Assembly: GCA_964621965.1 (NCBI GenBank)
Contig: CAZUOZ010000004.1
Location: 1 to 34,867, forward strand
Length of the DNA: 34,867 nt
From: Candidatus Woesearchaeota archaeon
Lineage (GTDB): Archaea; Nanobdellota; Nanobdellia; Pacearchaeales; GW2011-AR1
Reading direction: 5' to 3'
Shown here in pieces: positions 1 to 9,118 of the stretch (position 1 is the first letter of the stretch; each line of letters starts with the position of its first letter). The translations under genes and the position numbers were made by a program. The notes below the pieces were generated by a model, which saw nothing but the letters and a program-made list of their open reading frames with translations, ran no database searches and was not told the origin of the DNA.

Positions 1-84
1 ATTTTTCTCTTCTGCAATTCTAGCATTACAGGCATACATTTTATTAATTCTGCTTTAGTTCCTATAACAATCGCTATTTTTCTT

Positions 85-489
85 TTATCCATTATTCAGT
101 TTTGAATTTATTTTATCTCTTATAAATTGAATATATCCTTCAATTTTTTTAATATTTCTCTCCAAATAATTTTTATCTATATTGAAACCTTCATAAGCTA
201 TTTGGTTTCTAAATTGTCTTACTTCTTGCAAAAAGATTCTATCCCGGGAATTAAATAATTCTTGGCAAATGTAATCAATTAGTTCTTTATGAGCATTTTC
301 TCCTTTAAACTTAAGACCTTTTAAGGAAGAATAACTTTCCATTAATTTATGTAAAATATCATAAAAATCAGTAAGAGTGTTGGAGGGATATTTTAATTTA
401 TCTATGGAGTTTAATCTCTCCAAAGTAATTTGAGCCATATTCATTAAAGAGTTCGCCTTTTCTTTGTCCATTCTAACCTTATTTTTCAT
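85..489 (-). CDS. HEPN-domain protein, putative toxin partner of the upstream nucleotidyltransferase
   Basis: 134-aa helical ORF with a 4-nt ATGA overlap (486-489) with the MNT gene, in the canonical MNT-then-HEPN order. The C-terminal motif FRNQIAYEG sits where the HEPN Rx4-6H motif is expected, with Y in place of H. Confidence 0.6.
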   Translation of the reverse strand: MKNKVRMDKEKANSLMNMAQITLERLNSIDKLKYPSNTLTDFYDILHKLMESYSSLKGLKFKGENAHKELIDYICQELFNSRDRIFLQEVRQFRNQIAYEGFNIDKNYLERNIKKIEGYIQFIRDKINSKLNNG

Positions 490-1019
490 TTTATTTCAAC
501 AATCCCATAAAGAATTATTCCATTTAATAGATTATTCAGAAATTCTTTTTTTAAAAGGTTTATGTTCGGCTTGAAAATTAAATTTATTTTCCTATTTAGC
601 ATTTTTTCAAATTTTTTAAGATCAATCTCTTTTGATTTAGATTCGATAAATAAATCAATATCACTCTCTTTAGTATCCTCGCCTCTTGAAAAAGAGCCAA
701 AAAGGATAATAGAATTCGGCATAAATTTCTTTTTTAAAGAATCAATAATCCCTGATTGTCTCAAGGAATACTCGTTATGCATCTTTTTTAAATCTAAGAA
801 AGATTCATTTCTATTTGCAAAATATAGCGGGTATTTTCTTTTACCTTTTAATTCATCCTCTTTTATAATAATTTTTTCTTTGATTAACTTTTCCAATTCA
901 TTTTTAACAGAAGTGTGAGCAATTCCGCATAATTTAGATATTTCTTTTAAACTAAATCTTTTCAGAGGATTTAAAAAAAATACAAGGAGCACCTTATAAC
1001 TAGTACAATTTTGGAACAT
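486..1019 (-). CDS. Minimal nucleotidyltransferase (MNT) with N-terminal winged-HTH, putative antitoxin
   Basis: Pol-beta superfamily signature LFGSFSRGEDTKESDIDLFI (GSx2RGx5-6SDxDL). N-terminal HTH-like segment FSLKEISKLCGIAHTSVKNELEKLIKEKII. Translationally coupled to the HEPN ORF. Confidence 0.8.
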   Translation of the reverse strand: MFQNCTSYKVLLVFFLNPLKRFSLKEISKLCGIAHTSVKNELEKLIKEKIIIKEDELKGKRKYPLYFANRNESFLDLKKMHNEYSLRQSGIIDSLKKKFMPNSIILFGSFSRGEDTKESDIDLFIESKSKEIDLKKFEKMLNRKINLIFKPNINLLKKEFLNNLLNGIILYGIVEIK

Positions 1020-1040
1020 ATATTACATAAATGTATCATG

Positions 1041-1050
1041 TATATATAAA
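1041..1050 (-). promoter_or_regulatory. Candidate TATA box for the MNT/HEPN pair (leaderless or very short leader)
   Basis: The minus strand reads TTTATATATA and ends 21 nt upstream of the MNT ATG at 1019. Confidence 0.35.
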
Positions 1051-1055
1051 TCTTT

Positions 1056-4000
1056 TTAGTCTCTTACGAATTCTAAATTATCTAATTCTGCGTATTCTCC
1101 AGAAGTCTTCAAAAATTCTTCGTGAGTTAGAATATTTTCCTCAGGACGTGATTCCCATATTTTTATTGGTCCTCTTATATTTCCAGAGATATATACAAAA
1201 TCTTCAATATCCATACCCATACTTTTAAGATAATTTATGTATAAATCTTGTTCAGAATGAACGAGTTGAAATTGTGAGTATCTTCCAGCATAATTCTCTA
1301 AAAGATAAAGTTGAGCAAAGGCCGTTTTGGTTACTTTTGGAGAAATGTATATTGCAGCTCCGCTTCCATCTGACTGCATTTGATTATTCCCTATAGGATT
1401 AATTTTTGGAATTAGCGAAATAGTTGCATTTAATCCTCCTTCATAATCAAATAATTCTCCGCCATAATATAAATATCTTACTGGAATTGAAATCTGTTGA
1501 TTATTAAAATAATATATTGCTTTTGGCTGTTCTAATATGTTTTCTTCACCTTCTTTAGTTAATTCTATTAAAATAAAAATTAGATAAGACTTCTCTTTTG
1601 GAAGAAATATTTCATTTGAATTATCTTCTTCTGGAGTGTAAATTATATCCTCGTCAAGAATTCCTCCTCCAGTATAAACCCTTATTGTTTTGTTAGACGT
1701 TTCTCTTGTTTGCGAATCATCTACGGCGAAAATAGGTATTTGGGAATATCTATCTTCTCCATTTTTATCGCTCCCTATTTTACTAAAAGCAGGATATTTC
1801 CCTATGTCTGAAGAATCTATTAAAAGATAAGAAGCATTATAGGTTTTCATAGCACTTAAGATCATTTCAGGAGAAGTGGCTGTAAGAACATATCTTCCAA
1901 CTAAATGATCCCAATATCCCCACTGATGTCCCCCATCAACAACTGTCGCTCTTTCTCCAATTGTTTGAACCCAATAACCATAATCCCACCAATGGATAAA
2001 GATGCTTTCTTTTGGAGTGTTATCTCTAATCCATTGCATTGCGCCTTGCCATTGCTGATGGTAGGCAGAAGGAATCATCGCTTTTGAAGTATACTGTGTT
2101 TGGAGAGTGTAAGAAGCAAACAGTTGAGAGAAAATTAGAATAAATATAATTATTGCTCCCCAAATTATTTTTTTATTCTTTTCTTTTTTTTGATTGTATA
2201 CTTCTGCAAGTATAAATGAAGAGACTAGAACAATCATTGGAGAAATTATAAAGAATAATCTTATTGCTCCTCTTATAGAAATTATTCCCCAAAAAGAGAA
2301 TACTAAAAGTATAATATACATCAAATTGATTTTTTTAAATTTCTCTATTAAAATTCCATCTTTATTTTTATACGCAAGAATTATAATTATTCCAATAAGG
2401 CCTCCAAATAAAATTAATCCTGAGAAGTAAATTCCTTGTGAGAAAAGGGATTCTCCATTTAGTCTGCTACTCTGAGGAGATACCCTGCTAAATATTAGAG
2501 CGAGTATAAAGAACAAAAAAGAAAAATTAAGACTCGAATTTATATTCTTTCTCATGAAAAAATAAATTGCCCCAACAAGGGAAAGTATCAAAGATAACAA
2601 AATTAAAAAATCGATTTGTTCAATCATTGATGCATAATCTCCGCCAATTAATACTCTTCCAACATAAAACAAGATTGCGGCAATTCCAGCAGAAATTGTT
2701 ATAAATATCCATTTCTCAAAATCGCTTTCTTTTTCTTTTTTGAAATGCTTTATGGCTTGATAAAATAAAAAAACAGTTCCAATTAGGAAGATCCAAGTGA
2801 GATTTCCAAATTCTCCAAGGGCTTCTATAAAATAAGGGGCCCTATTTTCTGCAACGGTCAATCCTATTCTTTCTCTCCCCCAAGGATAAAGAAATCCTTC
2901 TACCAATCGTGATAGAAAGCTAAAAAGCAGTTCTCTATTAAATATAATTAAAAAAATAAATGCTAATATTCCAATCAAAATTATACTAATTATTGGTTTT
3001 GGGAGATTTATTATCTTAATTCTTTTGTTTATTTCTGTATTTGATAGAATCCAATCAGTTATTAAAAATAAAAGAACAACGATAGCAAAACCTATATCGC
3101 TCACTCTCATAAAAAGAGATTGTATTTGCCCTCCTTTTATAATCTCTATACCTATAGATGTAATCGCCCAAGATGAAAAGATTATTATATTTTCTTTCTT
3201 ATCTTTTTCAAATAAGAAGAGAATAAAAGCGACCATAGAAATAACCATGTATATGTATCTATATCCTCCCCAAGTCATATACATTAGCCCTGTAAAGATT
3301 CCAGCAATAACTGCTAAACCCACTTTGTAATTTATTTCTTCTCTTCTCCAAGCTAAAATATAAAATAAGAAAGCAAACCAAAACCAAACCATTCCAAGAC
3401 TTTCTATTTCTGGATCTCCTGCCACAGTTCTTGCAACCATAGAAGGAATAATAGAATATAGGGTGCTCGCAAAAATAGCAGTAATCATGGATATTTTTTT
3501 AGAAAATTTTAGAAGAGATAAAAAATACACAAATAAGAAAAAACCAAGTATAGAAATACAAAAGAAAATAACTGGCGCAATTATTGCCGCATAGGTTACG
3601 GATATAGGGTTGAATATAGAAACAATTTTCCAAATTAAAACTATTGCCCAGGGCATAAGGCTTTGATAAGCATAATTATTTGCTCCAAGAGGAGCAGCCC
3701 TCATCATATCTGGATTTTCAAGCGTTCCATTTATAATCTCATTTGCGTGTCGCAAGTAAAGAAAAGGATCTAAATCTGGCCCAAGCGTCCAATCACCAGT
3801 GCTCATATCTTTTAAATCGTTTATGTTGCTTGTTCTTATTGTGGCAGTAATAATTATCAAAGCAATCAAAAGAAGAAGAGCCATTAATTTATATTTTTTA
3901 AAATAAGCTAAAATTGAAGATAAAATAAGAGTTATTGCAAGAAGAATCCATATTGTCGGAGAAAAAATATTTATTATTTGAGTAACAAAATTATTTCCTA

Positions 4001-4115
4001 GAGAAATTTTAAACATATTAAATGCACTAAAGATAAAAAAAAGTATACCTAGTATAATTAAACTAAATGTAAGCTTATCTTCAAAAATTTTTTTTGCGAA
4101 TTCCTTCTCATTCAT
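1056..4115 (-). CDS. aglB: Archaeal oligosaccharyltransferase AglB (STT3 family)
   Basis: 1019 aa with a multi-TM N-terminal half and a soluble C-terminal half. Diagnostic WWDYGYW motif (IHWWDYGYWVQT). Acidic loop GPDLDPFLY in the first external loop. DxxK-like DIGKYPAF downstream. Confidence 0.88.
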   Translation of the reverse strand: MNEKEFAKKIFEDKLTFSLIILGILFFIFSAFNMFKISLGNNFVTQIINIFSPTIWILLAITLILSSILAYFKKYKLMALLLLIALIIITATIRTSNINDLKDMSTGDWTLGPDLDPFLYLRHANEIINGTLENPDMMRAAPLGANNYAYQSLMPWAIVLIWKIVSIFNPISVTYAAIIAPVIFFCISILGFFLFVYFLSLLKFSKKISMITAIFASTLYSIIPSMVARTVAGDPEIESLGMVWFWFAFLFYILAWRREEINYKVGLAVIAGIFTGLMYMTWGGYRYIYMVISMVAFILFLFEKDKKENIIIFSSWAITSIGIEIIKGGQIQSLFMRVSDIGFAIVVLLFLITDWILSNTEINKRIKIINLPKPIISIILIGILAFIFLIIFNRELLFSFLSRLVEGFLYPWGRERIGLTVAENRAPYFIEALGEFGNLTWIFLIGTVFLFYQAIKHFKKEKESDFEKWIFITISAGIAAILFYVGRVLIGGDYASMIEQIDFLILLSLILSLVGAIYFFMRKNINSSLNFSFLFFILALIFSRVSPQSSRLNGESLFSQGIYFSGLILFGGLIGIIIILAYKNKDGILIEKFKKINLMYIILLVFSFWGIISIRGAIRLFFIISPMIVLVSSFILAEVYNQKKEKNKKIIWGAIIIFILIFSQLFASYTLQTQYTSKAMIPSAYHQQWQGAMQWIRDNTPKESIFIHWWDYGYWVQTIGERATVVDGGHQWGYWDHLVGRYVLTATSPEMILSAMKTYNASYLLIDSSDIGKYPAFSKIGSDKNGEDRYSQIPIFAVDDSQTRETSNKTIRVYTGGGILDEDIIYTPEEDNSNEIFLPKEKSYLIFILIELTKEGEENILEQPKAIYYFNNQQISIPVRYLYYGGELFDYEGGLNATISLIPKINPIGNNQMQSDGSGAAIYISPKVTKTAFAQLYLLENYAGRYSQFQLVHSEQDLYINYLKSMGMDIEDFVYISGNIRGPIKIWESRPEENILTHEEFLKTSGEYAELDNLEFVRD

Positions 4116-4149
4116 TATCTTATTTTATTGAATAATATGTTTAAAAACC

Positions 4150-5127
4150 TTAGTAAATAAGGAGGAACCCTAGGAGAATAATTATTATTTGAAACCCATT
4201 TATTAAGTAAACAACATCTTTTTCGTAAACTTTTTTCTTAAATTTACCTATTATTTTTACTGCTAGATGTTCTAATCCATATATTTTTTCATATTGATTT
4301 TCTAAGCTCCCATCTTCTTTTACTCTAGCAAAACTTTCTTTTTGTAATTTTCCTCTTAGTTTTAATATTGTTTCTAATCCATAGGGGATAAAAAAGAAAA
4401 CGGCAAGTTTTTCCACATCTCCTAAAATTGCAAGGCATGCAATTAGCGCCCCAACCGAATAAGTAAGAGTGTCTCCTGGAAAGATTTGTGCAGGAAATTT
4501 ATTAAAAAGATAAAATGCAAGAAGACAAAAAATCATTATTAAAGAAATAATACTAAGATTTTTTTCTCCTACTAAAAAGGTCGCAATTCCAATTCCCGAA
4601 AGAAGAATTATTCCCTGGCTAGATTCTAATCCATTGTATCCTGCGAGAAAATTAAATGTTGAAGTTGCTCCGATTACCCCTATAGGAATTATTATTAATG
4701 GAAAAAATAATCCGAAGTCTATTCCCATCATTGTGGAATTACCAGCATTGACAACCATTAAAGGAACAGCTGCAAATAAAAGAAGTAGTATTCTAATTCT
4801 TTTAGGCAATCCCTTTTTCCAGCCAAGTAAATCATCTATTACTCCTATAAAAGAGGCAATTAGTACTGTGCTTAACAAAACGAATATATTTGAAATATTT
4901 CCATTTGAATCAAATAAAAAAGTCATAATTGCAATATAACTTAAGCTCCCTAGAATAAAACCAAATAATACTGGGGCTCCTCCAGATTCCGCCACGTTTT
5001 CTTTTGAAATTTTATGTATATCTTTTCCAGTAAATCCTAGCTCTTTTGCTTTTTTTATCCAAAATGGAACAAAAAAGAGTGTTGTAAAAAAACTTACTAA
5101 TAAAGGAATAATTAATGCTTGCCACAT
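4150..5127 (-). CDS. GT4 polyprenyl-phosphate GlcNAc-1-phosphate transferase (AglH/WecA/MraY family)
   Basis: 325-aa polytopic membrane protein with family motifs GVIDDLLGW and NFLAGYNGLESS. Lies directly next to aglB. Confidence 0.8.
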   Translation of the reverse strand: MWQALIIPLLVSFFTTLFFVPFWIKKAKELGFTGKDIHKISKENVAESGGAPVLFGFILGSLSYIAIMTFLFDSNGNISNIFVLLSTVLIASFIGVIDDLLGWKKGLPKRIRILLLLFAAVPLMVVNAGNSTMMGIDFGLFFPLIIIPIGVIGATSTFNFLAGYNGLESSQGIILLSGIGIATFLVGEKNLSIISLIMIFCLLAFYLFNKFPAQIFPGDTLTYSVGALIACLAILGDVEKLAVFFFIPYGLETILKLRGKLQKESFARVKEDGSLENQYEKIYGLEHLAVKIIGKFKKKVYEKDVVYLINGFQIIIILLGFLLIY

Positions 5128-5161
5128 ACTTTTATTTGCCTTTGATAGTTTTTAAAATTAA

Positions 5162-6028
5162 TTATCTAAAAAAGAGAGGAGTAAAATAAACTTCAATTAT
5201 TCCTGCAAGGATAATAATAATAACGGCAATAAGAAGCAAAAAAAATGTATTTTCTAAAACCCTAAGGAATTTATGGTCTTTAATACCATTTCTTAGAATA
5301 CCCACTCCAAAAATTCCTCCTGCAAGGGCGGTTATGAAGTACGCGGCTATTTCTGGGAATCCATGAATCATATATCTAAATAATCCTAAAGGAATATGAG
5401 CTATCTCATTTTTTGCAAATATAGTTATAGCGGTTGAAATTACACTTGCATTCCATGCCAGAACAAAAATAGCCCCCGCTCCAAAAATTAGAGAAAAAAG
5501 CAATGTAAATATCATAACATAAACATTATTTTCAATTATTGATAGAAGCCTCATCTCTTTTCTACTTAAAGCATTTCCGGTTATAGAAGGAGAATCTTCA
5601 AAAGAGTACCCCTTTACGCAACCCTCTACATTTCCTGGACTATTTATTTGACAGTATGTTTCAAGCTGGGCGTTGAAAAGATTAGGGTCTCCGATAACAA
5701 TATTCCAAAATGAAAAAGCGATAAGCATTCCTAAAAAAAGCCACATAAAAGCATATAATGCATCTCCATGAGCTTTCCAAATATCATACAGCCCTTCAGC
5801 CTCTTCGTCTTCTTCCTCTTCTTGCTTTATTAAATAATACATAAATGGTAGCGTAAACATTATACAGAAAGCAATGACTACAAATCCAGAGTATTTCGAA
5901 ATAACCGGATCTCCTCCGAAAAACCATTTTGTTAAAAGAAGAGATAAAGAAGCATAAAGTAATCCTACAAAAAGCATCTTTATTAGTCCTCTTTCTTTTT
6001 TCTTAGGATTTATTAGGGATTCAAGCAT
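5162..6028 (-). CDS. SpoIIM/DUF95-like integral membrane protein
   Basis: 288 aa, multi-TM. HGFPEIAAYFITALAGG resembles the DUF95 HG-x-x-E-h-x-A motif. Contains an acidic run EEEEDEEAE and a Cys-containing external insert. Confidence 0.5.
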   Translation of the reverse strand: MLESLINPKKKERGLIKMLFVGLLYASLSLLLTKWFFGGDPVISKYSGFVVIAFCIMFTLPFMYYLIKQEEEEDEEAEGLYDIWKAHGDALYAFMWLFLGMLIAFSFWNIVIGDPNLFNAQLETYCQINSPGNVEGCVKGYSFEDSPSITGNALSRKEMRLLSIIENNVYVMIFTLLFSLIFGAGAIFVLAWNASVISTAITIFAKNEIAHIPLGLFRYMIHGFPEIAAYFITALAGGIFGVGILRNGIKDHKFLRVLENTFFLLLIAVIIIILAGIIEVYFTPLFFR

Positions 6029-6078
6029 ACTTCCTCTAAAAAAAGAGAATTTTTAAACTTTCTTAAATTAGGAGAGCT

Positions 6079-6885
6079 ATGAACAAAAGAGAGAAGTTTA
6101 ATCTTATTTTAAAGAAAATAAAATCAATAAAAATACAGGGAGCAGAAAATGTCGCAAAAAGCGCATTAAAAGCCTATTTAATTTTTCCAACACTTTCTTC
6201 AAAAAGAAAAATTCTTTCTTTAAGACCAACTGAACCAATGTTAAAAAAAGTCTTAGAAGAGATAGAACATTCTTCATTAGATAAAATTCTTTTTGAAATA
6301 GAAGAGGCTAAAAAACTGATAAAAGAAAATTCTTTTAAAATAATTAAAAATTTAGATGTTGTTTTTACTCATTGTCATTCTTCAAGCGTTGTGGAATCTC
6401 TTGTATATGCAAAAAAGAAAGGAAAAAAATTCGAAGTATATAATACAGAAACTCGTCCTCTTTTTCAAGGAAGAAAAACTTTTTCCGAACTCGCTAAATC
6501 TGGAATTAAAATTACTCAATTTGTAGATTCCGCAGCTATGATTGCCTTAACTCATACACAAGGGACCAAAAAAGTAAGCAAAGTTTTATTTGGAGCTGAC
6601 GCTATTCTAAAAGGGGGAGTAATAAACAAGGTTGGAAGCGGCATGTTTGCTAAAATTGCTTATGATAATAAAATTCCTGTTTATATTTTAGCAAATTCTT
6701 GGAAGTATACAAAAGAGAACATTAAATTGGAAAAAAGAGGTTTTAAAGAAGTTTGGAACAAAATATTAAAAAAATCAAAAATAGAAAATCCCTCTTTTGA
6801 ATTTATTCCTAAAAAATACATTACAGCAATAATCTCCGAAAAAGGAATACTCTCTTATAATGAATTTTTAAAAGCAATTAATTAG
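6079..6885 (+). CDS. e2b2: eIF-2B alpha/beta/delta family protein, e2b2-type (probable ribose-1,5-bisphosphate isomerase)
   Basis: Motifs THCHSSSV (catalytic-Cys position), TETRPLFQGRKT and GADAILKGGVINKVGS (catalytic-Asp position). AGGAG Shine-Dalgarno-like element 8 nt upstream of the ATG. Confidence 0.75.
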   Translation: MNKREKFNLILKKIKSIKIQGAENVAKSALKAYLIFPTLSSKRKILSLRPTEPMLKKVLEEIEHSSLDKILFEIEEAKKLIKENSFKIIKNLDVVFTHCHSSSVVESLVYAKKKGKKFEVYNTETRPLFQGRKTFSELAKSGIKITQFVDSAAMIALTHTQGTKKVSKVLFGADAILKGGVINKVGSGMFAKIAYDNKIPVYILANSWKYTKENIKLEKRGFKEVWNKILKKSKIENPSFEFIPKKYITAIISEKGILSYNEFLKAIN

Positions 6886-7273
6886 AATTTTTTTCTACAG
6901 AAAGTAAAATTTTTTCAGCTTCTTTATTGAGGACATTTATTTCTTTTAAAATTTCTTCTTTTATTATTTTTAATTTTTCTATCTGGTTTTCTATTATTTT
7001 TGCCGTTTCTAGAATTGATTTATTTACAAAGTTTTTCTCCCCTATTCCTACAAGAAGCTCCTCAGAAATTATTTTTGTTTTAATGAATATATTTTTTCCT
7101 ATAGAAGAAAACGCTTCTTTTCCAGAAGAGTTTTCCAAATCTTCTATTCCTTTTTTGAGTAAATACAATTCGTTTATTTCATTCTCTACAGCTTCTATTT
7201 GTTGCTGCATATTTTGCATATACTTGTCAAGCATATTTATTTTGAAAAAAAGTTCTTTATCTGGTTCGTTCAT
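6878..7273 (-). CDS. pfdA: Prefoldin alpha subunit
   Basis: 131 aa with coiled-coil N and C termini flanking a central double beta-hairpin region, EAFSSIGKNIFIKTKIISEELLVGIGEKNFVNKSILETAKII. Confidence 0.6.
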   Translation of the reverse strand: MNEPDKELFFKINMLDKYMQNMQQQIEAVENEINELYLLKKGIEDLENSSGKEAFSSIGKNIFIKTKIISEELLVGIGEKNFVNKSILETAKIIENQIEKLKIIKEEILKEINVLNKEAEKILLSVEKNSN

Positions 7274-7278
7274 TTTAA

Positions 7279-7680
7279 TTAATGCACATCTAGTATTTTT
7301 CTGAAGATTATACTTGATACAAGGCTAGTTCCAATATACCACCAAATCCAAGCGCTTGCAAGAGTAGTAGAAGCAAAGCTATTTTTTGCCCACCAAAAAA
7401 TAACAAAGAGAGGAATCATTGTAATTAAAAGAGGTTTGAAAGAGTGTTTCATCATTTCTATGGAAATTGTAAGTATCTCTTGATTTATTTTTTCCATTTC
7501 TTTTAAATCCCCTCTCACTTCTTTAGATTTTTTTTGGAGTTCTTTTTGCCTCCCTTTTAATTCTTTCATCTTTATTTGATCTGTAAAGAATTTTGTAACT
7601 AAAGTCATAAGAAGAGTAACGCCTATAGAGAGGCATATCACCGCAACTTTGGGGTTTGTATTTATTAATTCATTTATCAT
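7279..7680 (-). CDS. DUF106 / EMC3-TMCO1-like membrane insertase (archaeal YidC/Oxa1-like)
   Basis: 133 aa with TM, Lys/Glu coiled coil (KMKELKGRQKELQKKSKEVRGDLKEMEK), then two TMs. Sits downstream of secY as in other archaea. Confidence 0.6.
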   Translation of the reverse strand: MINELINTNPKVAVICLSIGVTLLMTLVTKFFTDQIKMKELKGRQKELQKKSKEVRGDLKEMEKINQEILTISIEMMKHSFKPLLITMIPLFVIFWWAKNSFASTTLASAWIWWYIGTSLVSSIIFRKILDVH

Positions 7681-7702
7681 TTTTTAATTTTATTTAAAAT
7701 CT

Positions 7703-9094
7703 CTACTCTTTTCCCATAAATTTTTTCATTGCAGGAACCATATCTAATTGATGTTGTTGACCTATACTTTGATAGAATTGGAACATAATCATTATTACAA
7801 GCAGTATTGCAGTTCCGGATACAAGTGCACCAAGCAAGTCTGTTATAGATGCTAAAACTCCTATTGCTGCTCCACCCATAACGGTGAGAGGCATTATATA
7901 TCTATCTAAAATACTTTCTAAAACTCTTTCATCTTGTCTAAATCCAGCAACCTGTAATCCAGATGCAGCAATTTTATGCGCTTGTGTTTTTGAATCCATT
8001 CCGGCTGTTTTTACCCAAAGTATTGCAAAGAGAGTAGAACAAGCAGTGAAAAATAAAACATGAGTAATTCCTTGAATTACATATTTATAAGAAAAGTTTC
8101 CTCTTATAATCATATCTAAAATATTTTCATTTCCAATCCAGAAAGCAAATCCAGAAACTGCTCTTCCATCTATAAATCCTCCCAAAATTGTAGCATATCC
8201 TAACCAATTCTGTAGCAGTCCTCCAAACAATTGAAGAGTTGCAACGAGAGCAGCAGTAAGGATAACAGGAATAACCGAAGAGTAAAAGAAAGAAAGTGGC
8301 CATTTTATTCCGTATCCTCTTATTTTTCCAAACGAAAGAGGGATTTCAACCTTAAGTGATTGGGCCCAAGCAACAATCAAAAATATAACTACAGTAGCCA
8401 AAATAGCTGAAAGAGCAGATAAAAATTCAGTAGGATATTTGCTAGAAATTGCTTGTATCATTACAAGAACTTTTCCTGCACAGGCAGTGTTTTCAAAATC
8501 AAATAAACAATTCTTTCCTTGTTCATTTACAAACTGAAATGCACTAGTAATTATTCTCCAGCTAACTCCGGCAGCGATAAATAAACTTACTCCAGAACCG
8601 AATCCCCACTTTTGGCATACTTCATCCATATAAAAGATTGCAATTCCTCCAAGGATTAATTGAAATATTAAAAGAGGAGCAAAACCAGGAAGAGCTTCCA
8701 GGCCTTTCATTAAAACATAGACTGATGATTCGAATATTATAAAGAAAAACACAAATAATTTTTGAATTCCCTGAAAAAATCTTTTTCCTTCAGCAGTTGT
8801 CACATCTATTCCAAATATTCCAGAGAAAGTTAATAGTTGAAGAATAATAGAAGCCATAACTATTGGTCCTATACCCAGAGAGATTATACTTCCAAAATCC
8901 GTTCCAAGAATTATTGCAAGATATTTAAATCTCTCAAGAGCATTATTTGAAAGTCCAAAAAGAGGAACATTAGCAAGTACAAAAAAACCAGCGAGGACAA
9001 TAAGTGTCCATTTAAGCTTTGTATTGAAACCTAATTTTTTTTCTTCAGGTTTTGCAACCTCTGGAATATATTTGAATATCTTTGTAAAGTCCAT
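7703..9094 (-). CDS. secY: Preprotein translocase subunit SecY
   Basis: 463 aa, about 10 TM. Motif GIGPIVMASIILQLL. Conserved position immediately after uL15. Confidence 0.93.
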   Translation of the reverse strand: MDFTKIFKYIPEVAKPEEKKLGFNTKLKWTLIVLAGFFVLANVPLFGLSNNALERFKYLAIILGTDFGSIISLGIGPIVMASIILQLLTFSGIFGIDVTTAEGKRFFQGIQKLFVFFFIIFESSVYVLMKGLEALPGFAPLLIFQLILGGIAIFYMDEVCQKWGFGSGVSLFIAAGVSWRIITSAFQFVNEQGKNCLFDFENTACAGKVLVMIQAISSKYPTEFLSALSAILATVVIFLIVAWAQSLKVEIPLSFGKIRGYGIKWPLSFFYSSVIPVILTAALVATLQLFGGLLQNWLGYATILGGFIDGRAVSGFAFWIGNENILDMIIRGNFSYKYVIQGITHVLFFTACSTLFAILWVKTAGMDSKTQAHKIAASGLQVAGFRQDERVLESILDRYIMPLTVMGGAAIGVLASITDLLGALVSGTAILLVIMIMFQFYQSIGQQHQLDMVPAMKKFMGKE

Positions 9095-9118
9095 TATTCA
9101 TTATAGAAGAAGGGTTTT

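Noticed and set aside
1-39. Possible start of a minus-strand gene running off the left edge (MYACNARIAEEKN...).
   Set aside because: Only 13 codons are visible and there is no motif, so it cannot be supported.
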